From the NCBI GenBank assembly GCA_964188305.1, contig OZ076901.1: 64,000 nucleotides of DNA; one strand, written 5' to 3'. A model generated the notes under the pieces. That model was not told where the DNA came from. It ran no database searches and saw only the letters and a list, made by a program, of their open reading frames with translations. Position 1 is the first letter of the stretch, and every line of letters begins with the position of its first letter. The position numbers were made by a program, and so were the translations under genes. Origin of the DNA: Podarcis bocagei. Taxonomy: Eukaryota. Positions 49,761 through 63,798 of this stretch are shown one piece after another.

Positions 49761-52700
49761 CTCCAGAGAGATTTCACAGGGTTATAGAGCTGGAAGGGAA
49801 CACCAGGGTCATCTAGTCCAGGGGCGCCGACTTATAAAAAATATTGGGGGGGCCCATACCGGGGTCCTGCCGCTGGTTCGCTCGGGTAGCCGGGAGAACG
49901 CAGTTCGAGGTGGCGGTGTTGGGGAGAGACCCTCGCTCAGGGCGCCACGAGACTTGGCGGCCGGCGGCCTATCTGGGGGGTTTTGGAGCGTATTTCGGCG
50001 GAGCGATTGGGGAGGAGGGGGCTTGTTGCCGGATTCTTCAGCTGGGCCGGAGATCCGCTGCTGGGGGGTCCCTGGGCCGAGTTGTGAGCACGGCCTGCTG
50101 AAGGGAGATCCAGCCGATTGCGCGACGGGGACGGCCGGGGCTCTCCGGCTAGGGCGCGCGGCTGGCTGGCTGGCGAGGGAGCAGGTGGGGAGGAGGCGGG
50201 GGTCCTCACTCTCTTAGGAAACGCACCCGCGCGCCCGATTGCCACGAAGTCCGAAGGGTGCGTGTGTGGAATTAAAAAGCAAAAACGAGATACGGGCAGG
50301 GCAGGCAAAGAGTTTTCTGCAAGAGGATGGAGGGCAGGTTGAAGAGAAAATCACTCAGGATGAGACAGTCAAATCAGCCATGATAAAATGGGCTCAGGAT
50401 ATTGGGTATAACATCATGTTTGAGGACTGGGAAAGGTTATGGACCACCGGAATGAAATTCACGGCATGTAATGCCTTGAAGGAAAATATTATGAAAATGA
50501 TTTATAGGTGGTACATGACCCCAGTCAAGCTTGCAAAAATATATCACCTGTCTGATAATAAATGTTGGAAATGTAAGGAGGCTGAAGGGACATTCTTTCA
50601 CCTCTGGTGGACTTGTCCAAAAGTGAAGGCCTTCTGGGAAATGATCTATAATGAGTTAAAAAAGGTATTTAAGTATACCTTTCCCAAGAAACCAGAGGCC
50701 TTCCTCTTGGGCATTGTTGGCCAGAAAGTGTTAAAGAAGGATAGAACTTTATGTATGCAACTACAGCAGCAAGAATACTTATCGCAAAATATTGGAAGAC
50801 ACAAGATTTGCCCACACTGGAAGAGTGGCAGACGCAATTGATGGACTACATGGAACTGGCTGAAATGACTGGCAGAATCCGAGATTTGGGAGAAGAAACA
50901 ACGGAAGAGGACTGGAAAAAATTTAAGGACTATTTACAAAAACAATATAAGTTGTATGAATGTTAAAAATTTACATGATTCGGAAACTATAGCTTCAGCA
51001 ATTAGATTTGGGAAACAGGAAATTATATTTTAAGTAAGAAAAGGTCAAAATCTAAGGTAATACTATGTTTAATTTAAGATATAAGTAACTGATGAAAAGT
51101 ATGTTAAATTTAGAGGTATAGTATTTGAAAAGTACAAAATAAGGTACGAAACAAGGTAATAATTTGCTGATATCTTTATTATAAAGAATGCAGGGTAAGG
51201 GAGATGCGAGGAAGTCCAGTTAGTTATATAAAAAATGTGTTGAATGGTTGGTTTTCTTTTCTTCTTTTTCTTTTTTTCTTTTTCTTGTTCTTTTACTTTT
51301 TTCTTCAGTGTATGTTTCTAACTTTGTATTTGAAACCTTAATAAAATATTTATAAAAAAAGAAGAAGAGAAAATCCTTTCGCTTTTCTGGGGCTCAGGGA
51401 AGTCTCAGAGCCGGAGGTTGGGGAAGGGACCCCCTTTGCTCTGCCCTCTTCTCCCGTCTTAGCCGCGCAGCTGTCCTCCGCGGCTGTGGAGCGGCCCTGC
51501 GCCGGTGCCCAGCCCCTCTGGGCGCCCGCTGCGCTGCCAATGACAAGCGGGCGACGTCGCGGGCGGGGAAGGCGTCGCTTTCTTTCCCGATCCTGCATCC
51601 TCCCAGTCTTCCAGCCCTTTTTTGGGTTGGAAGCTCGTCTCGTTCGCCCTTCTCCTTTCTTCACCCTGCGCGCAATTTTCCTCCCTCGTCTCCCTCCCCA
51701 TTTCTCCTTCCTGACTGACTGACTGACTGACTGACGGGCTTGGGCTCGGGCTCAGGCTCAGGCTCCGGGTCGGGCTCGGGCTCGGGCTCGGGCTCCGGGT
51801 CGGGCTCAGGCTCGGGCTCGGGCTCGGGCTCCGGGTCGGGCTCAGGCTCAGGCTCGGGCTCGGGCAGCCACAGCGTCGGCGGTGTTGGCGATCGGCGGCG
51901 CGGGGGGATGGCCCTCCCGGGGGAGCCGGCGCTGCTCAATGGGGTTGCCAAGGAGACAGGCCGGCCGCCCCCCTCCCCCGGCCCGGCGCCCCCCGCCGCA
52001 CCGGTGCCCGTTATCGAGCTGGTGCGCGCCGGGCGCCCTATAAAAGCCGCGGACGCGCCCACCGCCGCCCGAGATTATTGGGGGGGCTGAGCCCCCCCAA
52101 ACGAATTTTTGGGGGGGCTCGGGCCCCCTCAAGCCCCATGGAGTCGGCGCCTATGATCTAGTCCAACCCCAAGGGGGGGCACAAAAATGATTGAAAGTAC
52201 TCAATTAATTGAGGTTCTGCCCCCCCCCCAGCAGATGCCTCAACTTTGGCTGATCTCTTAACAAAGGTTCAACAATTTTGGCTCCCCCACGTTAACAAAA
52301 ATCCTGGCTACGCCCATGTCCAACCCCCTGCAGTGCAGGAATGTTTTTGCCCAACATGGGGCTTGAACCCCCCCCCCCCCTATCCTGAGATTCAGAGGCT
52401 TACGCTCTTCCAACTGAGCTACCCTTCACGCAAGTATTTTTTATCTTCTCACTTTTGCTTCTCTTTTACGTTTTGCTCAGGTGGCCGCAGCGCGGAAGAT
52501 GCTCAAGCGGGCCTCGGTGGTGCCTTTTGACCCTGGGGAGCACGAGCGGCACTTCTGGTGCATTTGCTGCAGGCAAGAGGTGAAGTTGCACCTGAGCCAG
52601 GGGTCCTTGGCTGTGCTGCATGGTGGCCTCCTCCAGCACATGGCCAGGTAAGCTTGGAGAAGAGTCTCCACTCAGGCAGGCCACCTCTTGCCTGGAGCAT

Positions 52701-55700
52701 GAGGTGAGGGTGTCTGGAACATGAATAGCTTTGTTTGGCTTCCTTATTTGCATATTGCTTTTATTTGCTTTACCTACTAATCGTAACAAAGTTATTTTTG
52801 AAGGAGAAAGGTGCACAAGCAATTTTCATAGCCAATCAATGATATACTGGATTGTATCAGTAACCCAGTTTGCAGTCTGAAACATGGGAATCATAGTAAG
52901 TTGGTGGCAGTTTACAGCAGTCAAAGCAAAACTGGCTGTTTTCAGAGTCACCTTGTTTTTACTATTTGCAAGTTCATTCCAGTTTTCTTCCAATTAAGGA
53001 AACAGTGGAGCATATTTTTCATAGTTGTCACACACATACCCCAAACAACTCCTCCACTGGCCTCTTCTTTGGTAATTAGGCTCCTGGGAGTGAGTAAAAA
53101 ACTGACATAGTTCTAAATGTGGATATGACTTTGAGTGGAATCAAATTTGATTTTTCCATGCTTGTAATGAGGCCCTTTTTGTGAGTGTCCGTGCCTGCCC
53201 TTGGCTTCTGATACAGACATCTTTCACAGCACGCAGAATTGCTTAAGTTGTTTTCCTCTGAGACTATCCTCAGAACTGGATAAGAACTGTAGCCTGGGCA
53301 GTCCTGTTAAAAGTTTGTGCCTTTCTCACTCTTAACGTGTTTTGGTCTTTTATTCCTTTTCAAGCGTTGAACATAAGAAAGCAGTCTATGCATTCTGGTG
53401 GGAGAACAAAGCAGACCCTAGCCTGAAGTCTCGCTTCTTGGTTTCCTCTGAGGATTATGAGCTGTGAGTAGACGCTTTGCCAGTTAGTTTATGTCGCATA
53501 TTGTTTGCTAGATTAGCTATTTCACCTCTTTGACACAGAAGGAAGCTGCTTTATGCCAAGTCAGACCATTCATCCATCTTGTTCCATGTGGGAATGATCA
53601 TTAGTAGGCAATCTGCAGCCATAGAGACACGCTTGGCCTAATTTAAAAAGCCTTTCCCAAATACTAAGTCCATATCGCTGGCAGAAACCATCTCTGTCTC
53701 TGTGCTGATTAGCTTCTGGTCAGGTATCTCCACATGCTGCCAGCATATGGCCTCTGTCAGCTATCCCCAAGAGGGAATATAGCCCCTTGGCCAAAGGAGA
53801 AGAATTTATTAGAGGGCGTGATGGTGGGACAGGGTTAGGTGTTGACCGTACCTGGTTGTTTCAGGGCTTTGATACTGTTCCTCCTACACTGCTGGGGCTC
53901 CCAAAGTAATCACTCATTCAGCCTGGAATAATTTTTCTGTAAAATTGTTTTAGATTTTCTTGTTGTTGCACCACCTGTCTTCTGTGGTAGAGGCAGCAAA
54001 AGGCCACTGCCTCAGTTCACGTTGTTGCTCCACAAACTGATATAACTTTTGAATCTGTTTCAGCTTCAAGGCATCACTCTCCAAAGCTCTGGAAGCTTAT
54101 GAGGAAAAAGAAGATGAACTCATTCAAGAGGTGAGGACAATAATGTGTTTGTGTGGGGGGGGGTAGGAATTTGGGTTTCTCCTCTGCTTCAGGTTCTCAT
54201 TGTTTCTTCTGCCTACCCCAATTCCAGGTGGCTGCTCGCATCAGAGAGGTGGAGCAGAGACGGCAAGAAGTAGTGCAGGCTGCCTTAGAGGTTTGTGTGC
54301 CCAGGATGCACATGGGCAGTATCCATCATTACGTTCACAGCTGTTTCTGTGCCCCTTGCCTTTCTCTCTAGTTGTGCTGTTGCCCTGAAACACATGATTT
54401 CTCTTCCAACCACTAGGGAAGGTGGTGAATGTCCCCAGCAAGCAGCACATCTCATCTCTCATATCCAGTTTAGATTTCCTTTGTATGACCTTCCTTTCCT
54501 AACGCCCATGCCTGGCTGAAAGTTTACAGTTGTTGTTTGTGGTCTGGGGCAGCCTCACTTCTTGAATGCCCTTTCTGTGCCTCCCCCCCCAACCCCGAAA
54601 ATGCAAAGTCCTTTACCGGCCACTGTTTGCTCTATTGACAATAAAGCATTAAAATATCCCATCTAATGAGCTTCCTTTCCTTGATATGTCCACACCTTAA
54701 GTGTTGGTTAGGGGGAATCTGTGGCCAAAGCTTATTTGCACACCCCCATTTCCCTCCAGTGCAAGGGCATGTCTTTGGCCATTATCTCTTGATGGGCATT
54801 GGTTGGATTCCTTCCGCCTTATTACTAGTGATTTCATTCCAAGGTTGTCCTACAGAGCAGACTTTACTATTGTATCTTGAAACAAGTGTTTTTTCCTGAA
54901 TCAAACTCAGCAACAGGCAGAGACAGAGCTGTGCAATGGAGCTGCCACCGCCAATGCTTTTACAGGAAGCCCAAGGTAAGAGTTGTTTAGTCACGGTTAT
55001 CAATGGTGTTTGCTTTAGAGGCCTTAATGACTCCATACACCAAGGGCCCTTTCTGCCCTTTGTAATATGGCCTTTTCAACCCCCGTGCAACAAAATGTGC
55101 CCATATACTTTCTGCTTTACTCGAGACATTCTCCTGTGTTGTAGTGACTCTGCTTTTGCCACGGAAGAACAGCAGCAGCCTGGGCCAAGCAGAAACGTGG
55201 CATTTCTTGAAGGACACCCTGGATCTGCATACAGAACTGTGCCAGAGTCAGAGTGGCAGGAAGCAGGACAGTCTTTAACTTTTATTGGCCATCAGGTAGG
55301 CAGATGGGAGCCCACTTCATCTCTTCACAATGACCCATTTGTCCTCGAAAGCCTTTTAGTTTGGGGTTCTGGATGAATATAGCTAATGAGGGTATAATTA
55401 CACTTTATTCTCATGGTGGCACGGATTTTATTGTGTTAAATGGTTGGGTAATACTGAGATAGTTTTCTAAATAATGATTGTAGTCTACCTGGTTGAAGAT
55501 ATTCTTTAGAAAGCAGAATATAAATCTCTTGAATAAGAAAAACAATCCACTGCAGGTGCCTTGTACTGCCATGAATGGCTTCTGACTTGAGTGGCAGAGC
55601 TCCTACACCAGTGGCAGACCAGCGAACAGTTTGGTGGTCCTTAACCTTTATTGCACATAATAGGATATGCCCCATTCCCAGCTTGATACAAGATTCGGCT

Positions 55701-58700
55701 GGTACCTTCATTATACACCTCTAGGCAACAGTCGAAAATGTTCTTCAGTCAGGCCTTTGGCTGATTATTATCCTATTCCCTTTTAAATGTGTTTGTGGGA
55801 GAGGGGTTTATTGGTTTGTTTTTATCTTGCATTTTGTGTTTTTATCTTGTATTTTTATGTTGTGAACCACCGAGATCTATGGAAGTAGGGTGGTATACAA
55901 ATTTAATAAATTTGTGAACATGGGGAATTGGAATCGGGAGTTACATTACCTTTAAAAGCTGTACTGTATAATTAAATGCAACTCTTGCTCCTTCTTTGCA
56001 GCAATGGCAGCTGCCTCTTTATATACTTCCTCTTCTCTAAATCATTTCTACCTTGGTTTTCCCTTTGCTTTTTTGAACACAGGAACCAGCAGAGCGCGGC
56101 AACATTTACACAGGTATGCTAGCAAAGATTTGATTGCTCCACTTTCTAAAACATGATTTTGACCTGTCTTATGATGAGGTTTAATAAACTCTGGTCTTAC
56201 ATGAGAAAGATCCTAACTGTGGTTGCAAATAGAGAATGCCCAAAAACACAGATTCTTAAGAATAGCCACATTAACAGAAACATAGGAAGCTGCCTTACAC
56301 AGACCACTTGTCCATCTAGCCCAACATGGTTGACTCTGTGACTAACAGTGGCTCTCTGAGGTTCCAGAATCTTTCCCAGCCCTACCTGTAGACACCAGGG
56401 TTTGCACCTTGTACCTTTTGCATGTAAAGCATGTGCTCTGCCACGGAGGTTTTTTTTAAAAAAATATAATTTTATTAGGTTTTTTTAACATATCATTTTC
56501 AACAGTAATTAAACTTACTTTTAAATCTTATTCATTTTTTTGACTTCCATCAATCTTGTCTGAAAATTTTCCCAATCTAATCTCTCAGTATGCATTTCTT
56601 ATCTTCCCTATTACATTTCAAACTCATAACCAATATCTGTCTTTTTCTACTTTGTAACACTTCCTATATTTCTCCTTACAAAACTTCTTGTAGTCCTACT
56701 AGCGTAATTTGATTTCAGTTGCTCTTCAAATAATTCATATATTTCTTCCAATCTTCTGTAAATCTCTGGTCCCACAGGTTTCTGCATATTCCATTAATTT
56801 CCATTAATTTCATCTGCCATTCTTCTTTCGTCAGAATTTCTTCTTGCTTCCATTTCTGGGCTAACTGGGCTCTTGCCGCAGTTGTTGCATATAAAAACTA
56901 TTTAACATCTTGCCTATTAATGTCCTGACCTATAATACAAAGTAAAAATGCTTCTGGTTTTTTAAAAAATGTATATTTCAACATCTTTTTCATCTCATTA
57001 TATATCATTTCCCAGAAGTTCTTTACTTTTTTTTACATTCCCACCACATTCCCATGGAGGTTTCAACCCTTGTTCAGGAAGGTAAAAAATATTAAAGATA
57101 CCTTATTGCATTCTCTGGAAAGATAATGGCCCCACAGATGGGGAGGCTGCCATTTGACACAGAGGTAAGAAGAATGGGGCTGCTCTAACTTGTCATCCTT
57201 CCATACTTTAGGGGCCAAACCCCCTTGGCTGATGGAGGAGGAAGGGGAAAGCACACCACAGATTGGACCTTCTTACGAAGAATTTCTCAAGGAAAGTGAG
57301 TATGCAGAAATTTGGCCCTGTAGTCGGGACTCTTTTATTATGACACAGCTCACTTGCTGGAAATCAAAGTGAGACTAGGACTCCAATTGAGGCTTGAAAA
57401 TGATTTCTTTCCCCACCCTCCTTTCTTTAAAGAGGAGAAACAGAAGCTGAAAAAACTCCCACCTAATCGTGTTGGTGCCAACTTCGATCACACCTCTCAG
57501 ACAGGAGAAGGGTGGCTCCCCTCCTTTGGGCGGGTTTGGAACCATGGCAGGAGGTGGCAGTCCAGGTAAGCCTCTGTGCACATTTGCTTCCTTTATAATG
57601 TATCTGCATTTAACGGTGGACAATACAGCACCTTTTACATGGTAGGCTCTGTAGCTGGCTCTCTAGCACCTTGGGCCCTTACAAAGAAAACCAGATGTGG
57701 TGGAACTTTGGTTGAATCCTACAAGGCACTTATTCCCAAACGTTTAGCACATAATAGTTGAGTCTTCGACCCCAGCATTTTGAACATACACTGGCTTTGT
57801 AAAATGAACGCTTTCTGGTTGGCCACAGAAATTTTAGTTTTATCTTTAAGTAGAGTACTTGTTACTGATGTTATCTGGCCTGGTATATTATTTCTTTTTT
57901 TTTAAACTGACCTGTGTCACTTTCCCTTCACTTTCATTAATTGACAAAATGGCAAGAAGTGCCTTTTATTAGCTATGGCTGTTTCTAAATATAGTCTGCC
58001 CAGTGCTGCATGCTCAGATAACCGGGAGTCTTGATTACTATAATCTGTTTCCGTAGAACTACCTTTGAATAATGGTCCAGAAAATTTAGCTTTTTCCCCC
58101 TGGACCTATGCAGCAACACCTATTCTGCAAGATCTGCACAGGCTGCCAATATGTTACTGGGCCCAATTTAAGGTTTCATTATTGATACATAGAGCCTTTA
58201 GTCCCTGATGGTGTACATTTCTCTTTAATAATAATAATAATAATAAATTTTATTTATATCCCGCCCTCCCCAGCCAAGCCGGGCTCAGGGCGGCTAACAA
58301 CAATCAAATAAACAATCAAATAATAACACATTCTAAAAATTTTCATTATAAAAATTAGTTGAAATCAAATTGATGGCAACCGATTAAACAAAATTCTGTG
58401 CAGGTTGCCAGAGGAGGGAGTCAGGCTGCGCCCTGACCAAAGGCCTGGCGGAACAACTCTGTCTTGCAGGCCCTGCGGAAAGATGTCAGGTCCCGCAGGG
58501 CCCTGGTCTCTTGTGACAGAGCGTTCCACCAGGTTGGAGCCGCAGCCGAGAAGGCCCTGGCTCTAGTTGAGGCCAGCCTAACCTCTCTGAGGCCTGGGAC
58601 CTTGAGGGTGTTATTATTTGCAGACCGTAGGTTTCTCTGTGGGGCATACCAGGAGAGGCGGTCCCGTAGGTACGAGGGTCCTAGGCCGTATAGGGCTTTA

Positions 58701-59790
58701 AAGGTTAAAACCAGCACCTTAAACCTGATCCTGTACTCCACCGGGAGCCAGTGCAGCTGGTATAGTACCGGATGAATGTGATCTCGCAGCGAAGACCCCA
58801 TAAGGAGTCTCGCCGCGGCATTCTGCACCCGCTGGAGTTTCTGGGTCAGTCTCAAGGGCAGCCCCACGTAGAGCGAGTTACAATAATCCAGTCTGGAGGT
58901 GACCGTCGCATGGATCACAGTGGCTAGGTGAGGGCGAGAGAGATAAGGGGCCAACTGCTTAGCTTGGCGGAGATGGAAAAATGCCGCCTTTGTTATAGCT
59001 GTAATCTGCGCCTCCATAGAGAGGGAGGTATCGAAGATTACACCCAAACTCTTAACGGACGGTGCTGGCACTAATTGCACCCTCGCAAGAGATGGGAGTT
59101 GCCCCCTCGATCCCATATCGTCCCGCCCCAGCCAGAGGACCTCTGTCTTCGAAGGATTTAACTTCAACCGGCTCCCACGTAACCATCCAGCCACAGCTTC
59201 CAGACATCTGGTCAGTGTGTCTGGGGCCGAGTTAGGATGGCCATCCATCAACAGATAGAGTTGGGTGTCATCAGCATACTGATGGCAACCCAGCCCAAAA
59301 CTCCGGACAAGCTGGGCGAGGGGGCGCATAAAGATGTTAAAAAGCATCGGGGAGAGAATCGCACCCTGAGGCACTCCACACACTTTATCACCTGCCCTGA
59401 GATCAGGGTAGAGGACTTCTTGCTGAACAGTGATAGCGCCTTCCCTGTATCCAATTAGAATCCCCCTCTTTGCAAATATCAATTGTCTCTATGTCTTTCA
59501 AGGTCAGGTCAAAACACACCTGCTTATCCAGGCCTTTGGTGAATTTGATTTAACACTTTGAAAAATGTATGGTACGGGAGTTTATTCTCCCCCTGCCCCC
59601 CAATTAAAATAATAATTGGCAATACACTCAGAGAATGTAAGAAAATGAACATGGTGGCTCTGCAATTGATGTGGTGGCTGGTTCATTCTTTTAAGCTTCT
59701 TTTATTAACCATACTTTTTCTAGACATCAGTTCAAATCTGAAGCACAGAAACATCCTGGCCCTAAAAGGAAACGGCAACAAACTGACTGA
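49441..59790 (+). CDS. CENATAC: Centrosomal AT-AC splicing factor (CCDC84), 11 coding exons, 350 aa
   Basis: Exons 49441-49566, 52481-52647, 53365-53463, 54064-54130, 54228-54290, 54911-54975, 55145-55295, 56083-56113, 57212-57295, 57433-57565 and 59724-59790, summing to 1053 nt in frame. Motifs matching human CCDC84: [104 protein letters not shown]. Confidence 0.96.
50353..51363 (+). mobile_element. 5'-truncated L1-clade LINE (ORF2 C-terminus, 3'UTR, polyA)
   Basis: Cys-rich motif [18 protein letters not shown]; AATAAA plus A tail; 12-bp TSD GAAGAGAAAATC (50341-50352, 51364-51375). Frameshift at ~50750, a poly-T contraction relative to the 48.2-kb copy. Confidence 0.9.
51711..51864. repeat. 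(CTGA)n followed by a (GGCTCR)n hexamer array with higher-order periodicity
   Basis: About 21 hexamers, with a CCGGGT variant recurring three times; lies inside the long hAT element. Confidence 0.95.
52170..52318. mobile_element. Small hAT MITE with damaged left end
   Basis: Right end CCTGGCTACGCCCATG; 8-bp TSD TCCAACCC (52162-52169, 52319-52326). Confidence 0.7.
56450..57050 (-). mobile_element. Older L1-clade 3' fragment
   Basis: Minus strand reads decayed [33 protein letters not shown]. Confidence 0.75.
58228..59380 (-). mobile_element. L2/CR1-clade LINE, 5'-truncated, with open RT C-terminal frame
   Basis: ORF 58421-59482 has [34 protein letters not shown] and SRLDYCNS, plus a (TTA)n tail. 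It is inserted into an older plus-strand L2 remnant (~58100-58200 and ~59390-59540). Confidence 0.92.
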
Positions 59791-60839
59791 AGGGAAGAAA
59801 GGCCTGATTCAATTACAGAAGGTTGTGCAGCCTGAGAAGAGGCCAGATGAAGACTTTTCTTTTTGAACCTTTTTGAACCTTCTGTATGTCAGCAAGTATC
59901 ATGTGGTTATTCTGTAGTAAAGTATCATTAAATATAAAACGTGTTTTAAAATTCTACTCATCTCAACTCATCTATCTTAAACAGAGAGCTCCTCTAAGGC
60001 AGTTATTGTAAAAGTTGGGAACATTTTCTTATCCCTGGCTGTTCTGAGGGCTTATTCTCCCTTTTTTTTTAAATTAAAAGGCACTAGCTCACTTTGTGCA
60101 ACAAGCCACATTTACCCCAAAGGGCTAAGCATTCCACATTCTGTTTGCACAGTATCCAGTAGGAATATGGTATAATGCAGGCCTGCTTCAATGCCAGGTC
60201 TCCATTTCCTACAAGCAGAGGATTCACTTCAACAGCTCTCAGCTCCTTGATACCTTGCTGGACTGAACACCCCCTACACTGCACAATGTCTTGGCTGCTT
60301 GAGTGGGTGGTTAAGCACCTCTTCATCAGAACCCTCCTGCATCAGGGCCTTTAAATCTGGACAGCTGGGAGTCCTTTATCCCTCCACTATGATCTAATAA
60401 TCTATGCTGTTATAAGGAGACTAGAAGCCTGTTTATAAATAGCTCCCATGATAGCCTCATTGGCACAGTAAAAACAAAGACTGGGTGGTAGAATCTGCAC
60501 GCTTTATGTCATGGGCCCGGGACATAATTTTTAAAGTACATAGCCATGCACTTGCAGGCCAGCCTGGTATGAAAATGAGTGAAGGCTTTTCAATGACTGA
60601 TTGCCTATGGTCCCTGACTATTAGAAACAAAGCTGTACTTAACTCCACTGAGCAGAAAAGCACACAAAACTTCCGGAGTTGAAATTATTTTATTTTAGTC
60701 ATTTACAGAGTCTTAATAAAACCTCCCAAGAACCTGCAAAACAAACAGATAAATTAATTAGAACCATTTGCTTGTTAAATAACTGCCATGATAGAATTCC
60801 ACCAAGCCATACTGCCAGCACTGAGAAGTAGCTCACCTT

Positions 60840-62742
<1,903 letters not shown>

Positions 62743-62794
62743 GGTGTAGTCGGAGCGGCTACAGTCGCTGCTTCTCCCTCAGCGATTTCCGGCC

Positions 62795-62922
62795 AGAAAG
62801 GAAGGCGCCTGTATGGGCAGGCCGGGAAACCCCGTAGCCGAGGGTCCCTTCCGGGGCGGCACCGGAAGAGATGCTCGGCAGGGAGCTGGGCGGGAGCGGC
62901 GTGACGTCAGACGGAAGCCGCG
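62795..62922. promoter_or_regulatory. RPS25/TRAPPC4 bidirectional CpG promoter, including the RPS25 5'TOP
   Basis: 180 bp lie between the two ATGs. Minus-strand pyrimidine tract CTTCCTTTCT at 62804-62795 (5'TOP); ETS/GABP sites CTTCCGG (62848) and CCGGAAG (62862); full CRE TGACGTCA at 62902-62909. Confidence 0.85.
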
Positions 62923-63097
62923 ATGGCCATCTTCAGCGTGTATGTGGTGAACAAGGCCGGAGGGCTCATCTACCAGCTGGACCACTACGCGCCGAGGGCC
63001 GAGACCGAGAAGACCTTCAGCTTCCCGCTCGAGCTGGTGCTGCGCCCGCACGACGAGCATGTCCTCGTTTCCTTCGGGCAGCGCGACGGCATCCGCG
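62923..63097 (+). CDS. TRAPPC4: Trafficking protein particle complex subunit 4 (synbindin), exon 1; rest of gene lies beyond the window
   Basis: [58 protein letters not shown] followed by a G|GTGAG donor; head-to-head with RPS25 as in other vertebrates. Confidence 0.96.
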
Positions 63098-63280
63098 GTG
63101 AGGGGCGGGAAGCAGCCGGCAAAGGAGCGGCCCCGGGAGCTGGGCCCTTTCGACACAGGCGGCGCCCGAGGGGGACGAGCGGAGCCCCCCCCATTTCGTT
63201 AACACGCGCTGTATCCCCCCCCCCAATAAGTATACTTTCCCCACTCTGCCTTCCCCCCACCTATCCGCGAATTTTTTATT

Positions 63281-63511
63281 TCTCGGTAGTGGCGCCCTCC
63301 CTGTGGAAAGCCCTCCCACCAGATGTCAAAGAGAAAAATAACTACCAAACTTTTAGAAGACATCTGAAGGCAGCCCTGTTTAGGGAAGCTTTGAATGTTT
63401 AATAGGTTATTGTATTTTAGTGTTTGGTTGGAAGCCGCCCAGAGTGGCTGGGGAAACCCAGCCAGATGGGCGGGGTATAAATAAATAATAATTATTAATA
63501 ATAATATTAAT
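63281..63511 (+). mobile_element. L2-clade LINE 3' end in TRAPPC4 intron 1
   Basis: Near-identical to the 3' end of 1966-2317. Confidence 0.85.
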
Positions 63512-63798
63512 ATTCTGGTGCCTCCGCTGCCTTTGGACATTGAAGGGGAGACGGAACTCATGACAGCTGCTCCTTGAGCTGAAAAAGCTTTGGTGGCAGC
63601 GCACACCTGAACCTTGTCCACTTTATTAGGCTCCTCTGGCAAAGGGTGGCTCACAAGGGATTAGGGAATTGGGCTTTTTGCAGCATGGAGGGGGAACAAC
63701 TGGGTCCCCTCGACACTCTCCGACCCCCTTACTATTAGGCAGGGTACGGTGACTGCCTCCAGCAGCTGATTTTGATGGTCATTGATTTATTATAAATA

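Larger units (their letters stand above)
49819..52155. mobile_element. GC-rich non-autonomous hAT element (long form) carrying an L1 insertion
   Basis: Ends CAGGGGCGCCGACT...AGTCGGCGCCTATG with perfect 8-bp TSD ATCTAGTC (49811-49818, 52156-52163). Termini and an internal block are shared with 37618-37989 in opposite orientation. Confidence 0.9.

Noticed and set aside
50239-50966. Apparent 200-aa zinc-knuckle gene
   Set aside because: Frameshifted C-terminus of L1 ORF2 joined by chance to flanking sequence; the start is TTG.
51661-52090. Poly-GS / poly-PE ORFs resembling a linker or repeat protein
   Set aside because: Translation of a hexamer repeat inside a non-autonomous transposon, with non-ATG starts.
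49567-59723. Possible U12-type intron in CENATAC (autoregulation)
   Set aside because: No donor matches RTATCCTT; all ten introns look like major GT-AG introns.
62923-63402. 159-aa ORF as full TRAPPC4
   Set aside because: Only the first 58 codons are exonic; the rest is intron 1 and an L2 3' end.
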